Part shown: one piece after another, positions 1 through 11,584 of the stretch
Position numbering within the stretch: position 1 is the stretch's first letter
How the letters are laid out: every line of letters begins with the position of its first letter
IMG/VR virus record: IMGVR_UViG_3300025098_000016
Strand: one strand, 5' to 3'
DNA length: 64,000 bases
Origin: an uncultured virus (IMG/VR IMGVR_UViG_3300025098_000016)
Taxonomy: Duplodnaviria > Heunggongvirae > Uroviricota > Caudoviricetes
Made by a program: the position numbers and the translations under genes
Notes under the pieces: generated by a model
Seen by the model: only the letters and a program-made list of their open reading frames with translations
Database searches by the model: none
Told to the model about the DNA's origin: nothing

Positions 1-2
1 AT

Positions 3-3000
3 AAACAGGCTGATTTTACAAAAGGTGATATTATTGGTATTCATGATATATCAGATGCAACTAACGGATATTATAAAGTTAACAGTATTGAGCTTAATGT
101 TGTTAAACTAGCATCAGTTGAAGGCGAAGATGTTGAAGCAACAGAAGACAATGCCGATGTAAATGGATTCATTACTGAATTTAAAAAAGCAAGACTATCT
201 ACACTATCACTTGCTAACGATAGTATCAAGAAAGATCCAAACAACCTGTTTAGTTTAAACGGAAACAATAATGCAACTAATACAATTTGGGTTGATGACG
301 ATGATACTGGTAAATGGATTGTACTTAAAAATAAACAAGTTTTTGAATTAAAACCTAATATTATTAATACCGCGGCAGGTTTACTAGACTCAACTGAAAA
401 AGATTTTGGTAGTGCGTTTAGTGTAACAAAAAATAATAATCGTATTGCAATTACTGCGCCTAAAGATTTAAATGGTAGCGTTTACGTTTATCAAAGACCT
501 AGTGATAATACTGAATTTGGTTTCATACAACAGATTGACGAGCAACTATTCTTGTTTGATTCAAATGGCGGATTTGGCCAAAGTGTTGCAATGAGCCCAG
601 ATGGCAAGTATCTTGCAATTGGCTCGCCACATGCTTCAAATGTTAAAAGCAAATTAAAAGGTGATTTTGAAAATAGTATTTCTTACGTACAGAACGATAT
701 TGTACTATATTCAAATCAGTTATGGAAAGCGGCAAGGAACATTGAAGCTGATGCATTACAGTTGTATCAAAATCATTCATCCAACGCCCAATCTAAAGGT
801 AATGATTACATAAGCGATACGCAGAGCTATCCAGAAATTGAATATATTGTAAGAGGCGATTATACATTAGGCGCTGATTCAGATACAGATCATATTTTAG
901 TTAGAGCAGAAAAAGAACAGTTTGAAGGAACTAAGATAGGTGATATATTAACTCTTAAATGGAATGAATATACAACATCAAATCAAATAGGTACGCTACC
1001 ATTTAACAACGATAGTACACTTACTAAATCATTATTAAATGGTCAACACACTATTGCTAATAAAGTACAACACATTGTACATATTCAAAGTGCATTAAGT
1101 GTTCCTGACGCTGGCACAGAAATTACTACAGATACTTGTAGAGCAACACTAGCCTATAGAAGAATTAATAATGAAAACGAGATGCAAGTTTATATTAAAA
1201 ATGTAAACGGAGCATTTACAGGATCAGGTTCAATATATGCCAATGGCATTCTAGTTGGAGAATATGAAGAAGTACTTCAAATTACTGATGATTATCATAC
1301 AGGTTGGTGGTATATTGATGTTGGTTCATCATTTAATTCAACAGAGCTTACAGAGAAAAATGCAAATCTAGTAATACAAAATATTACACTAGAAGGTAAT
1401 GTAGTTAACGATCCTTATTTTAGTAATATTTTAGATACTAAACAACTACAAAATATTCTTAATCCAACTAAAGTTTCAGAGTTAGGAATACTATCTCATA
1501 CACAAGGACAAAGTAATGTACAAGTGCTTGATAGCAAGTGGTGGATTAGAACACCGTTAGAACACGGAAACAGTATTAGTGTAGGTGACAAGACAAGAGT
1601 TTGGTTAAATGATATTCGTCTTAACGGAGTAGTGCAAGATCCAACTGCTATTGGATTAACATCAACTTATATTAATGATACAGAGCATACTGTAATTGAT
1701 GTATGGAATGGTTATGTAGAAGTTAGATTAACAAACTTTGATTTGAACGGTGATCCGTTTATTCCAAATGTTGGCGATACATTAACAGATACTGCAACAG
1801 GTTCAACAGCTGAAATTGCATACATTGAAAGATCATTTGCTACAGCAAAAATTTATGTTAAAAATAGAAACGGCACTTGGGCAGTAGGATCAGACTTTGG
1901 TACAAATTCAAATGCAACATTTATTGAAAATGATTCAACTGTAAGAACTATGGGTCCTATTAATTCAGCACAAATGGAAAATAGTGTTTCAGGACCATTA
2001 TTAATATTAGATACAGCAACAAACATTCCTGTAGTAGTAGGCGGCGCAAATTATCTAAGAGATTTAGAGTACTGGATTTATTCTTCTAACACTATTGAAG
2101 GTATTACAGATACTGCTAATCCTCCATCAAGTCTTAACTTAGATTGGACAAGAGTATATAACCTTCCTGTAGTTCCAGAGGGTTACGGTACAGGATTAAG
2201 TGAGCAAGGCACATTTGCAATCTACGAAATTAAAGGTGTTACATATAGTCTTATTAATTACTTTACAGTTCCTAATAGTGCAGACAACAGACAGCTAGGA
2301 ACAAAATTAAGATTTGTACAACCAGATTCAGATAGTTACAAACTTTACATTCATGCCCAAGGTGATGGATCAGAAGATAATCAAGGTAGAATATATTTTG
2401 TAAATAAAAATTCTACAGAAGACTGGGCATTATCTGTACAAAAGAACTACAGAGGAAACTTTAAAAGTTCTGAAACTTATTTTGAAAATGAATATGTTAG
2501 ATTTGGTGAAACAGTATATAAAGCAAATACTAATTTAATTCCAGGAACATTTAATGTTAGTCAATGGACTGCACAAACAACCGGACTAGATTTATTAGGA
2601 TATGTACCTAACGATACAAACTTCTCGTTAGTTGAAAGTACACTTGATCAAAACAATCTTGAAGCATTTGGTACAGACTTTGACGTCAACGATAATGGTC
2701 AAGTATTAGTTGCTAATTCAATGTATACAAGTGTATATGAAATTGAATCAGGAGATGTTACGTTAGGTTTAGATAGTAGTATTGCAAATAGAAAAGTTGT
2801 AGTATATAGACTTACTGGTTCAAGTTATGAATATTCACAAATACTAGAACCGTTTAATCAAACAGAAGACTTTGGTACTACTATTGCAGTTTCAGCTGAT
2901 GGTACTAAAATTGCTATTGGCGCCCCATTAAATAGCGAAATAGAATCTAATGCTGGCGCAGTATACATTTATACACAAAACGGAACAACATTTAGTTATA

Positions 3001-6000
3001 GTCAAACTATTCGACCTGCAACAATTAAACCTAATTCGCAATTTGGATCTAAATTAGATTTTGATGGCAATACTCTTGCAGTTACATCAAGAGGTGGAGA
3101 TATTATTACATCAACAACATTTGATGCTAACAGTACTTCATTAGATAATGCTTCAACAACATTTAAAATTATTGACAGCGGAAGTGGAGTTGTAAGTTTA
3201 TATGAAACAGTTAATAATACTTTGCTATATAGTCAAGACTTTGCTTATGATTTAGATACACAAGACTTTGGTAGTAGGATGCTTGTAAGTAATAACCATG
3301 TTTATATTGGGTTACCTAAACAGCAAGTACCAAACAGTAGTATAGTTGACAAAGGTATGGTTGCAGAATATAGAAAACCAGTAAACACAACATCTTGGGC
3401 AATTACAAGACAACCAGTATTACCAGCAGATACTAGTAAGTTTAAAGGTGTGTATTTGTACAATGTAAAAGATAATAGTTTACAGACATACTTAGATTAC
3501 ATTGATCCTATCCAAGGCAAAATTGCAGGACCTGCAGAACAAGAATTAACTTTTAAAACAAGTTATGATCCAGCAAGATATTCAAATACTACAACTGCTT
3601 CTGGTATAACTGCTCACACTTTAGATTACACAAGTGATAAATGGATTGGTAAGTTATGGTGGGATATTGATAGTGCTAGATTCATTAATCATCATCAAGG
3701 TGATATTACAGAAGCAACTGCTACCTTTAATAAACTTTTCCCTGGAACAACAGTAGATGTTTACGAATGGGTAGAATCAACATTATTACCAAGTCAATGG
3801 GACGAACAAACCGGTGACGAAACTGCACTTAATCAAGGTATCAGCGGAACTACATTATATGGTGACGGAGCATACAGTGTCAGAAGAAAATTTGATACAG
3901 TATCACAAACATTTACAACTTATTATTACTATTGGGTATTAGACAAAGCAACAATTCCAAATGTAGAAAATAGATCACTAAGTGCATCTAATGTAACAAG
4001 ATTAATTACAGATCCAGCAGGTTTGGGTTATAAATTTGTTGCTATGTTAGGATCTAATAGATATGCACTACATAACTGCGAATCTTTCATTAATGATAGA
4101 GATACTGCAATTAGTTTCAATTGGTGGACAATCGAAAATCAACAACAACAAACACATCTTCAGTATCAGCTAGTAACTGACGGATTAGATACAAGTGTAC
4201 CTAATAATGAAATTGAACAAAAATGGTTTGATAGTTTAGTTGGATTTGATAGGAATGACAGACCAGTACCAGATATTAGTTTACCAGTTAAAGAAAAATA
4301 TGGTGCATTAAATGAACCAAGACAAAGTTGGTTTGTAAATAGAACAGAAGCACGTAAGCAGTTTGTTGAAAGAACAAATAAATCTCTAAGCAAGCATTTA
4401 ATTGTCGATGATTTTGATTTAACTAAATTAACAGGGTCTGATCCTCAGCCTACACTAGCAACAGGATTGTATGACACAACATCAGATAGTTATGCTGAAA
4501 TAGGTTTTGTTAGTGTTGCTAGAGTTAAACCTGCTAGTATAACATTAGAAGTTGAAAACGGTGTAATCATTAATGTGTTAATTAATGAAGCTGGTGCAGG
4601 ATATATTAATGTTCCTACATACAAAATTACAGACACAGGCGGAAGCGGCGGAGTATTAGAATTTACACTTGATGCCAACGGCTCAATATCAAACGTTACT
4701 ATTGTTAACGGCGGTAGAGATTATACAAGTAGTGTAGCAGTTACTATTAGAAAATTTGCAGTACTTGTTAAGAGTGATGAAACTATTGGCGGCAAATGGA
4801 GCGTATATCACTGGGATGGCGCAGAATATTTAAGAACACTGACCCAAAGTTACGATATTAATTTATATTGGAATTATATAGATTGGTATTCACCGGGTTA
4901 CAATCAGTTTACATTTGTAAACCATACTATTGATTCTAGTTACGAAATTTATGCACTTGATGATCAAATTGATGATATTATTAAAATTAATAATGTTGGT
5001 ACAGGCGGTTGGCTATTACTAAGAAAAATTAGTAATGCAGATACACAAGATTACACATTAAGTTATCAAACTATTGGTAGAGAAAATGGAACTATTGCAT
5101 TTAAAAATAGTCTCTATGATGTTAATGCAAGTAATACAGCATTTGATGGTGCAAGTTTTGATAAAATATTTTATGATACAGAACCAAATACAGAATTTAG
5201 AAAAATACTTGAAATTTTAAAATCAGATATTTTCGTAGATAATCTTGCAATTTATTGGAATGAATTATTCTTTGCAGGTATACGTTATGTGTTCTCAGAA
5301 CAACCAAATGTTGATTGGGTATTTAAGACAAGTTTTGTAAAAGCAAAACATAATATTGGTGAGTTACAACAAAAAGTTACCTTCCAAAATGATAGTTTAC
5401 CTAGTTATCAACAATACGTTGAGGAAATGAAACCTTATAAGACTAAAATTAGAGAATATTTAAGTTCTTATGAAAAGATTGATCCAGCAAGTAATGTTAT
5501 AACAGATTTTGATCTTTCACCTTTCTATAGCGATTCAGAAGGAAAGATTATACCACAAGATGTTAAAATTATTAATGGTGAAATTTCTGTAGGTGATGCA
5601 AATGTTTTAACATACCCAGGTAAACATTGGATTGATACTGTTGGCTTTGAAATTGTATCGTTTAACATTGCTGATGCAGGACAGGGATATACTGTTCCAC
5701 CTAAGATTATTATTAGTGGCGGTAGCGGCACAGGAGCAACAGCAGAAGCATTTATTGGTACTAACGGCAAAGTAACAAGTGTTAAAGTTACAAATTCAGG
5801 TAGTGGTTACTTAACAAGTCCTACTATACAAATTGTAGGGTCATTTGGAGATACTGGTACAGTTGCTAGACTAAGTCCTGTACTTGGCAAAGGTAAAGCA
5901 AGATCAGCACATATTAGATGTAAGTTTGATAGAGTTACAGGAACTTACTTGTTCCAAACACTTGCCGAAACTGAAACATTTACTTCAACAATTGATCAAC

Positions 6001-8870
6001 AGATATTTAATTTAAAATGGCCAGTACAACTAAAAGCGACTGAAATTAAAGTTACAGTTGATGGACTAGAAGCATTGCGTAGTGAATATGCATTTAGTAA
6101 TGTTGAAGATACTACTAAAGGTTATACACGAACTTCAGGACGTATTACATTTACTAATGCACTTGCAGTAAACAAAACAGTTGTTGTTACATATAATAAA
6201 GCACCTGAACTACTACAAGCACAAGATAGAATTAATTTGTACTATAATCCAACTACTGGAATGTACGGAAACGATCTCGGACAGTTAATGGAAGGTATTG
6301 ACTACGGCGGAGTTGAAGTAAGTAGCTTTGATTTTGGTACAGGTACTGGATGGGATTCAGACGAATGGTTCACAACAACTTATGACACATTTGATACAAC
6401 GTTTGAAGATGAAATTTTCCAAATTGGCGATGATAGTACACGAGTATTAAATTTTGCTAGTCCGTTAGTTTCAGGAACTGTTTACAATGTTTATAAAAAC
6501 GGTGTAAGAATTGATGATCCTAACTACGGAACAGCAAGTCAAAAAAATGTCAACGCTAAGATGACAAGTATTACAGGTGCAAATCAAACTGGAGTTGCAT
6601 TGTATGATGATGCTGATGATTTAGCATCTGACATAATTGTATTTGACGAAGATATTATTTCAACTGGTCCAGGAGATATACTAGTATTTAGAAAAACTAC
6701 TTCAGACGGAGCGTTTTTACCAGATCCAAGATCTTATGATACTGTACTAACAGGCGGCGACCTAGCATTTAGTACAGCAAAAGGTATCAACCCAGAAGAA
6801 ATTATTATTGATGGTGATGACTTTATAAGTCCAACAACATCAAAAGGTCCTGAGGAACAAGTTCCAGGGCAGGTGCTAGACACAGTAAACATTAGAGTAT
6901 TCCACAGACCAAAAGACGGCGGCAGTATATTATCAAGTAACTCCTACAGAACAGATGGTATAGTAGGATCGTATAACTTTGGTATACAGCCACAGAACAG
7001 AGATGGTTTGATTGTTAAAGTTAATGATATAATACAATCACAATCTTTATATAAAGTAGACTACAGATTAAAAACAGTTACATTCAACACAATACCTAAT
7101 GTAAACCAAGATATTAATATTTTATCAATCAGCGGTAACGGTAAAAATGCATTAGAGCAAAATGAATTTATAGGTGACGGCAGTACACTTGCTTATATAA
7201 CTAAAGTACATTATGATAAGAAACTAGATTATTATGCTACTGTTAACGGTGAAGCAGTTGAATCTGTACTAACATCAAGTGGTGACAGTACAGACAAAGA
7301 TCCAAAAGCAATGATTGTATTTGGTAGTCCTCCACCAGACAATAGTATAATCAATTACGCAATTTACACAGCAGTAGATTCATTTAGTAAAATTGAAACA
7401 ACAGAATTTACTGGTGACGGAAGTACTAAAGTATTTGATCTAGCAACAACTCCTTATAGTGCATTACCTAACAGTCATAATGTAATTGTTAAGCAAGGAA
7501 ATAAAATTTTAAATCCTGGATATAGCCAGCAGTTTGCAGTAACAGCATCGGCAAGAGAATATTTCTTAGAAATATGGCAAACACCAATTGGTAGTTTTGA
7601 TAACACAGACTTGTTAGTATTACTTAATGGCAAGGCACTTACTATTGCAGTTGAATATAACATACGTCCTGCAAACAGTAGTGTTATACTTGAACCAGGC
7701 ATTGGAGCTGAAGGCGATATTTTAGAAGTTTACTTGCGTACTGACGGCGAATATGCGTTTGGCGATGTGCAAGTTATTAACAATCAAACTTCTTGGGTAG
7801 ACAGCGGATCAAATTTACAGTTGACTACTGCACCAGCAGATGGCGAAAAACTTACAGTTTATACATTTAATAAACATGACAGTATGGATTTTGAAAGACA
7901 GAATTTTGATATTGTTGCAAGAAGTGTAATTGCTGTAGGTACAGAAGATCATATACAGTTTAATCATATTAAAGCAGGATTAGTAAAATTAAGATATCCA
8001 GCAATTGATGCACAATATGTTTGGTTAACTATTAATGGTATACTACAAACACCAAGTGTTGATTATAAATTAACAGATGATAGAAACTTTGTAAAATATA
8101 ACGGTTCATTTGCAGATGATGATGTAATTGAAGTTATACAATTTAGTGCTACTGGAGAAATTACTCCTAAGTTTGGATTTAGTCAGTTTAAAGATATTTT
8201 AAACAGAAACATTTATAAGCGACTTGGTGATGTTGCACCATTAAAACTTGCAAAAGATTTAGCAACACTTGATAAAGAAATATTCTTAGACGATGCAAGC
8301 AAACTAAGTCAACCTGATAAGAACAGTAGTATTCCGGGTATTTTGTTTATTAATGGTGAACGTATTGAATATTTGATTAAACAAGGTAATGTGTTACGTC
8401 AAATACAAAGAGGAACACTAGGAACTGGTGTTGCAAGTATACACGAAGCAGGTAGCGATGTATACAATCAAGGACCAATGCAAACAGCACCTTATATGGA
8501 CCAAACTATTGTAGATGAACAAGTAGGTGACGGCTCAACAACAGTATTTCCACTAGCATTTACTCCTAACAGTGTAAATGAGTTTGAAGTATTTGTTGCA
8601 GGCAAACGATTACGTAAAAATGCAATACAACAGTTTAATCCAACATTAGATCAAGACTCACCCGAAGCTGATGAAACAGCACCAGCAGAGTTTTCAGTAG
8701 ATGGCACAACAGCAAGTGTAATTCTGTTAAATACACCAGCAGTGAATGCTAACATAAAAATTGTCAGAAGACAAGGAAAACGCTGGACAGACCCAGGAAT
8801 TTCACTTAATGATGCGGAAAGTTTGGTAGCACGTTTCTTTAAGGCGGAAAAGGTGGAGCTACCCAAATAA
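3..8870 (+). CDS. Giant virion/baseplate structural protein with FG-GAP-like beta-propeller repeats (5'-truncated by window, >2,950 aa)
   Basis: Frame of ORF 552..8870 is open back to base 3 (KQADFTKGDIIG...), so the TTG at 552 is not the true start. Repeats FGSAFSV..IAITAP, FGQSVAMSPDGKYLAIGSP, FGTTIAVSADGTKIAIGAP, FGSKLDFDGNTLAV; G-x-G-Y repeats (NEAGAGY, NGGRDY, DAGQGY, NSGSGY); GDGST modules. Confidence 0.75.
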   Translation, partial: KQADFTKGDIIGIHDISDATNGYYKVNSIELNVVKLASVEGEDVEATEDNADVNGFITEFKKARLSTLSLANDSIKKDPNNLFSLNGNNNATNTIWVDDDDTGKWIVLKNKQVFELKPNIINTAAGLLDSTEKDFGSAFSVTKNNNRIAITAPKDLNGSVYVYQRPSDNTEFGFIQQIDEQLFLFDSNGGFGQSVAMSPDGKYLAIGSPHASNVKSKLKGDFENSISYVQNDIVLYSNQLWKAARNIEADALQLYQNHSSNAQSKGNDYISDTQSYPEIEYIVRGDYTLGADSDTDHILVRAEKEQFEGTKIGDILTLKWNEYTTSNQIGTLPFNNDSTLTKSLLNGQHTIANKVQHIVHIQSALSVPDAGTEITTDTCRATLAYRRINNENEMQVYIKNVNGAFTGSGSIYANGILVGEYEEVLQITDDYHTGWWYIDVGSSFNSTELTEKNANLVIQNITLEGNVVNDPYFSNILDTKQLQNILNPTKVSELGILSHTQGQSNVQVLDSKWWIRTPLEHGNSISVGDKTRVWLNDIRLNGVVQDPTAIGLTSTYINDTEHTVIDVWNGYVEVRLTNFDLNGDPFIPNVGDTLTDTATGSTAEIAYIERSFATAKIYVKNRNGTWAVGSDFGTNSNATFIENDSTVRTMGPINSAQMENSVSGPLLILDTATNIPVVVGGANYLRDLEYWIYSSNTIEGITDTANPPSSLNLDWTRVYNLPVVPEGYGTGLSEQGTFAIYEIKGVTYSLINYFTVPNSADNRQLGTKLRFVQPDSDSYKLYIHAQGDGSEDNQGRIYFVNKNSTEDWALSVQKNYRGNFKSSETYFENEYVRFGETVYKANTNLIPGTFNVSQWTAQTTGLDLLGYVPNDTNFSLVESTLDQNNLEAFGTDFDVNDNGQVLVANSMYTSVYEIESGDVTLGLDSSIANRKVVVYRLTGSSYEYSQILEPFNQTEDFGTTIAVSADGTKIAIGAPLNSEIESNAGAVYIYTQNGTTFSYSQTIRPATIKPNSQFGSKLDFDGNTLAVTSRGGDIITSTTFDANSTSLDNASTTFKIIDSGSGVVSLYETVNNTLLYSQDFAYDLDTQDFGSRMLVSNNHVYIGLPKQQVPNSSIVDKGMVAEYRKPVNTTSWAITRQPVLPADTSKFKGVYLYNVKDNSLQTYLDYIDPIQGKIAGPAEQELTFKTSYDPARYSNTTTASGITAHTLDYTSDKWIGKLWWDIDSARFINHHQGDITEATATFNKLFPGTTVDVYEWVESTLLPSQWDEQTGDETALNQGISGTTLYGDGAYSVRRKFDTVSQTFTTYYYYWVLDKATIPNVENRSLSASNVTRLITDPAGLGYKFVAMLGSNRYALHNCESFINDRDTAISFNWWTIENQQQQTHLQYQLVTDGLDTSVPNNEIEQKWFDSLVGFDRNDRPVPDISLPVKEKYGALNEPRQSWFVNRTEARKQFVERTNKSLSKHLIVDDFDLTKLTGSDPQPTLATGLYDTTSDSYAEIGFVSVARVKPASITLEVENGVIINVLINEAGAGYINVPTYKITDTGGSGGVLEFTLDANGSISNVTIVNGGRDYTSSVAVTIRKFAVLVKSDETIGGKWSVYHWDGAEYLRTLTQSYDINLYWNYIDWYSPGYNQFTFVNHTIDSSYEIYALDDQIDDIIKINNVGTGGWLLLRKISNADTQDYTLSYQTIGRENGTIAFKNSLYDVNASNTAFDGASFDKIFYDTEPNTEFRKILEILKSDIFVDNLAIYWNELFFAGIRYVFSEQPNVDWVFKTSFVKAKHNIGELQQKVTFQNDSLPSYQQYVEEMKPYKTKIREYLSSYEKIDPASNVITDFDLSPFYSDSEGKIIPQDVKIINGEISVGDANVLTYPGKHWIDTVGFEIVSFNIADAGQGYTVPPKIIISGGSGTGATAEAFIGTNGKVTSVKVTNSGSGYLTSPTIQIVGSFGDTGTVARLSPVLGKGKARSAHIRCKFDRVTGTYLFQTLAETETFTSTIDQQIFNLKWPVQLKATEIKVTVDGLEALRSEYAFSNVEDTTKGYTRTSGRITFTNALAVNKTVVVTYNKAPELLQAQDRINLYYNPTTGMYGNDLGQLMEGIDYGGVEVSSFDFGTGTGWDSDEWFTTTYDTFDTTFEDEIFQIGDDSTRVLNFASPLVSGTVYNVYKNGVRIDDPNYGTASQKNVNAKMTSITGANQTGVALYDDADDLASDIIVFDEDIISTGPGDILVFRKTTSDGAFLPDPRSYDTVLTGGDLAFSTAKGINPEEIIIDGDDFISPTTSKGPEEQVPGQVLDTVNIRVFHRPKDGGSILSSNSYRTDGIVGSYNFGIQPQNRDGLIVKVNDIIQSQSLYKVDYRLKTVTFNTIPNVNQDINILSISGNGKNALEQNEFIGDGSTLAYITKVHYDKKLDYYATVNGEAVESVLTSSGDSTDKDPKAMIVFGSPPPDNSIINYAIYTAVDSFSKIETTEFTGDGSTKVFDLATTPYSALPNSHNVIVKQGNKILNPGYSQQFAVTASAREYFLEIWQTPIGSFDNTDLLVLLNGKALTIAVEYNIRPANSSVILEPGIGAEGDILEVYLRTDGEYAFGDVQVINNQTSWVDSGSNLQLTTAPADGEKLTVYTFNKHDSMDFERQNFDIVARSVIAVGTEDHIQFNHIKAGLVKLRYPAIDAQYVWLTINGILQTPSVDYKLTDDRNFVKYNGSFADDDVIEVIQFSATGEITPKFGFSQFKDILNRNIYKRLGDVAPLKLAKDLATLDKEIFLDDASKLSQPDKNSSIPGILFINGERIEYLIKQGNVLRQIQRGTLGTGVASIHEAGSDVYNQGPMQTAPYMDQTIVDEQVGDGSTTVFPLAFTPNSVNEFEVFVAGKRLRKNAIQQFNPTLDQDSPEADETAPAEFSVDGTTASVILLNTPAVNANIKIVRRQGKRWTDPGISLNDAESLVARFFKAEKVELPK

Positions 8871-8873
8871 ATA
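8868..8873 (+). promoter_or_regulatory. Late-promoter-like motif (A)TAAATA
   Basis: ATAAATA overlapping the upstream stop, ending 17 nt before ATG 8891; matches the core of the T4 late TATAAATA. Confidence 0.55.
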
Positions 8874-8890
8874 CAGTATAGGACAAAGGT

Positions 8891-9502
8891 ATGATTGATA
8901 ACATAAAAGAAGAAAACGGAGTAATGCTCCAAGGACATATTAAAATTTCTAACCCTGAAACGGGCGAAGTTATAGTCGATAAACGTAATGCTATCCACTA
9001 TGAGAACATGAGTATATCACTTGCAGAAAGTTTAGCTAATGCAGGACAAGGTACCATTTATCAAATGGCGTTTGGCAACGGAGGAACTAGTATTGACCCA
9101 ACTGGAATTATTACATACCTAACACCTAACAGTACAGGTACTAATGCTAGTCTTTATAATCAAACGTTTATTAAAGTTGTTGACGACAGAAGTGTTAATA
9201 ACACAGATCCTGCAAGAAACAAGATTGAATCAAGACACGTAAGTGGTACTAACTATACAGATATTGTTGTTAGTTGTTTGCTTGATTACGGTGAACCTTC
9301 AGGACAAGATGCTATTGACAATGCAACTAATGCTGATAGTTTATATGTATTTGATGAATTAGGATTAGTAAGTTACCTACCATCGGGACAAGGTAGACTG
9401 TTAACACATGTAATTTTCCACCCAGTACAAAAGAGTTTGAATAGACTTATTCAAATTGATTATACTGTGCGTGTACAAAGTTTATCGGGGTTTAACGAAT
9501 AA
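8891..9502 (+). CDS. Putative virion structural protein
   Basis: 203 aa ORF within the structural operon; no enzymatic motif. Confidence 0.55.
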   Translation: MIDNIKEENGVMLQGHIKISNPETGEVIVDKRNAIHYENMSISLAESLANAGQGTIYQMAFGNGGTSIDPTGIITYLTPNSTGTNASLYNQTFIKVVDDRSVNNTDPARNKIESRHVSGTNYTDIVVSCLLDYGEPSGQDAIDNATNADSLYVFDELGLVSYLPSGQGRLLTHVIFHPVQKSLNRLIQIDYTVRVQSLSGFNE

Positions 9503-11583
9503 TGGCATATACAATTAACTACTCAGACACGAATAAGGGAACTATCTCAATTGAAGATAGTACAATTAATCAGCAAACAAGTCTAGATATTCCTGGACGT
9601 AACACTACTAGTTATGGGTCAGTTATTGCCGAAAACTTCTTAAAGCAATTAGAAAACTTTGCTAATACAACAGCACCAAGGAATCCAATACAAGGACAGT
9701 TATGGTACGATAGCTCAACAGGAGTTGACACACTTAAACTATACGACGGTACAGGTTGGGTTAATGCAAGTGGACTTAAAAAAGGAAACACAGCACCAGA
9801 TGTTGCTAATGCACTACAAGGTGACCTTTGGTCAGATACTGATAATAATCAGTTGTACATTTTTACAGGTAGTGGATGGACACTAGTTGGACCAGAATAT
9901 AGTGATGGTTTGCTAACAGGTGCAAAGCCTGTTGTAGTAACAGGTAAAGACGAAGTACTTTATACTATCCTACAACTTGAAGTAGGCGGTAATCCTATTG
10001 CAATTTATTCAACAAGAACATTCCAGCCAAAAAGTACTATTCCAGGATTTACAATTATTCAACCTGGACTAAACTTATCTACAGCAAACATCGGCGGCGA
10101 TGGTATAGCCAAGTATTTAGGTACAAGCGAAAAAGCAGAAAATTTAGTTGTTGCTGGCGCAAGTGTTGCGGCAAGTAACTTTTTAAGATCAGACGTAGCA
10201 AGTACTTCTTCACAAAAATTAACAATTAGTAACAACCAAGGTATACAGGTTGGACAGGATGCTATTGTTACATTTGATGTGCAAGGTACATCAGGTGTTG
10301 TTACTAACCTAACATCAGGTGCACCAATTGACTTTAAGGTTAATAACTTAGGTGTACAAGCAAATGTAATTAGAATTGACTCAACTGAAAAAGTTGGTAT
10401 TAACACACTATCACCTGCAGAAGCACTAGACGTAGCAGGATCAATACAAACAAGTGCAAACTTAATTGTACAAGGTACAACAGATAGTGCAAGTATTGGA
10501 ACTGGTGCTGTTAAAATTAGTGGCGGTGTTGGTATTGCTAAGAAACTATTTGTAGGCACAGATTTAAGTGTTGCAGGATCAAGCACAGTAGGTGCAGTAG
10601 CACCACTTGCAACACAACAATATTCTTTAGGTACAAGCGACAAGCGTTGGTCAGCAGTACATGCAGTTGAATTTAGAGGTAACTTAATTGGTAACATTAC
10701 AGGTACAGTTACAGGTGGCGCGGCAAACGCCAACAAACTTACAAGTGCATCAACATTTGAACTAACAGGAGATGTAAGTTCTAATCAAATTACATTTGAT
10801 GGCCAAATTGGCGGAACTACAAAAACATTCAATACAGCAATTAGTAATACGTTTATTGCTAACAAAACACTTGCTACAACACCTAACACAGATGATGAGA
10901 TTATTATCAACAGAATTTCAGGTGATGACACAGGTGTGTTTAAGATTTCACAAGCGGCACTAGTTAGTAGTGTTCCTGTTATACCAGTTGGAACTATTGT
11001 ACCATTTGGTGGAGTTAACACTCCAGCAGGTTGGGTATTGTGTGATGGTACAGAAGTTAGAATTGCTGATTACTTGAGTTTATACAATGCTATACAATAT
11101 CAATTTAAAGACCAAAGCCAGGTTACATCAGGATTTTTTGGACTACCAGACTTTAGAGGTAGATTTGCATTAGGTGCTGACAACATGGGTGGGTCAAGTG
11201 CTAACAGAGTATCAGATGTTAATGCTGATACAGTTGGTCTTGGTTCGGGTGTTGAAAGTAGAGCAATTGATGTTAAAAACTTACCAGAACACGAACATGA
11301 TTTAAGATCACCAAAAGGTGCTCAGTTCTATGTTATACTAGATGATAGTGGAGCACAACAAGATGCTGATACTATTCCATACGATGCACCAACAGGATCA
11401 GGCGCAGGTCAAGCAAGAACTTCAAGTGGTGGATTACTTAACAGAAGAAATATTGTTTATAATAGTAATACAGGATTAGAAGAATTTGAAACGTTTGATA
11501 TTACAGAACTAGGAACTCCGTATAATGTTATGAACCCGTTCTTAACAGTCAAATATATTATCTATACAGGAGTAGGGGGCTAA
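9502..11583 (+). CDS. Tail fibre/baseplate-associated protein with tail-collar domain
   Basis: C-terminal PVGTIVPFGG..PAGWVLCDG...LPDFRGRF (phage tail collar signature); N-terminal module shared with the next two genes; S/T/G-rich. Confidence 0.75.
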   Translation: MAYTINYSDTNKGTISIEDSTINQQTSLDIPGRNTTSYGSVIAENFLKQLENFANTTAPRNPIQGQLWYDSSTGVDTLKLYDGTGWVNASGLKKGNTAPDVANALQGDLWSDTDNNQLYIFTGSGWTLVGPEYSDGLLTGAKPVVVTGKDEVLYTILQLEVGGNPIAIYSTRTFQPKSTIPGFTIIQPGLNLSTANIGGDGIAKYLGTSEKAENLVVAGASVAASNFLRSDVASTSSQKLTISNNQGIQVGQDAIVTFDVQGTSGVVTNLTSGAPIDFKVNNLGVQANVIRIDSTEKVGINTLSPAEALDVAGSIQTSANLIVQGTTDSASIGTGAVKISGGVGIAKKLFVGTDLSVAGSSTVGAVAPLATQQYSLGTSDKRWSAVHAVEFRGNLIGNITGTVTGGAANANKLTSASTFELTGDVSSNQITFDGQIGGTTKTFNTAISNTFIANKTLATTPNTDDEIIINRISGDDTGVFKISQAALVSSVPVIPVGTIVPFGGVNTPAGWVLCDGTEVRIADYLSLYNAIQYQFKDQSQVTSGFFGLPDFRGRFALGADNMGGSSANRVSDVNADTVGLGSGVESRAIDVKNLPEHEHDLRSPKGAQFYVILDDSGAQQDADTIPYDAPTGSGAGQARTSSGGLLNRRNIVYNSNTGLEEFETFDITELGTPYNVMNPFLTVKYIIYTGVGG

Positions 11584-11584
11584 T

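Noticed and set aside
552..554. TTG start assigned to the 2772-aa ORF
   Set aside because: The frame is open to base 3 and already contains an FG-GAP-like blade; the true start is upstream of the window
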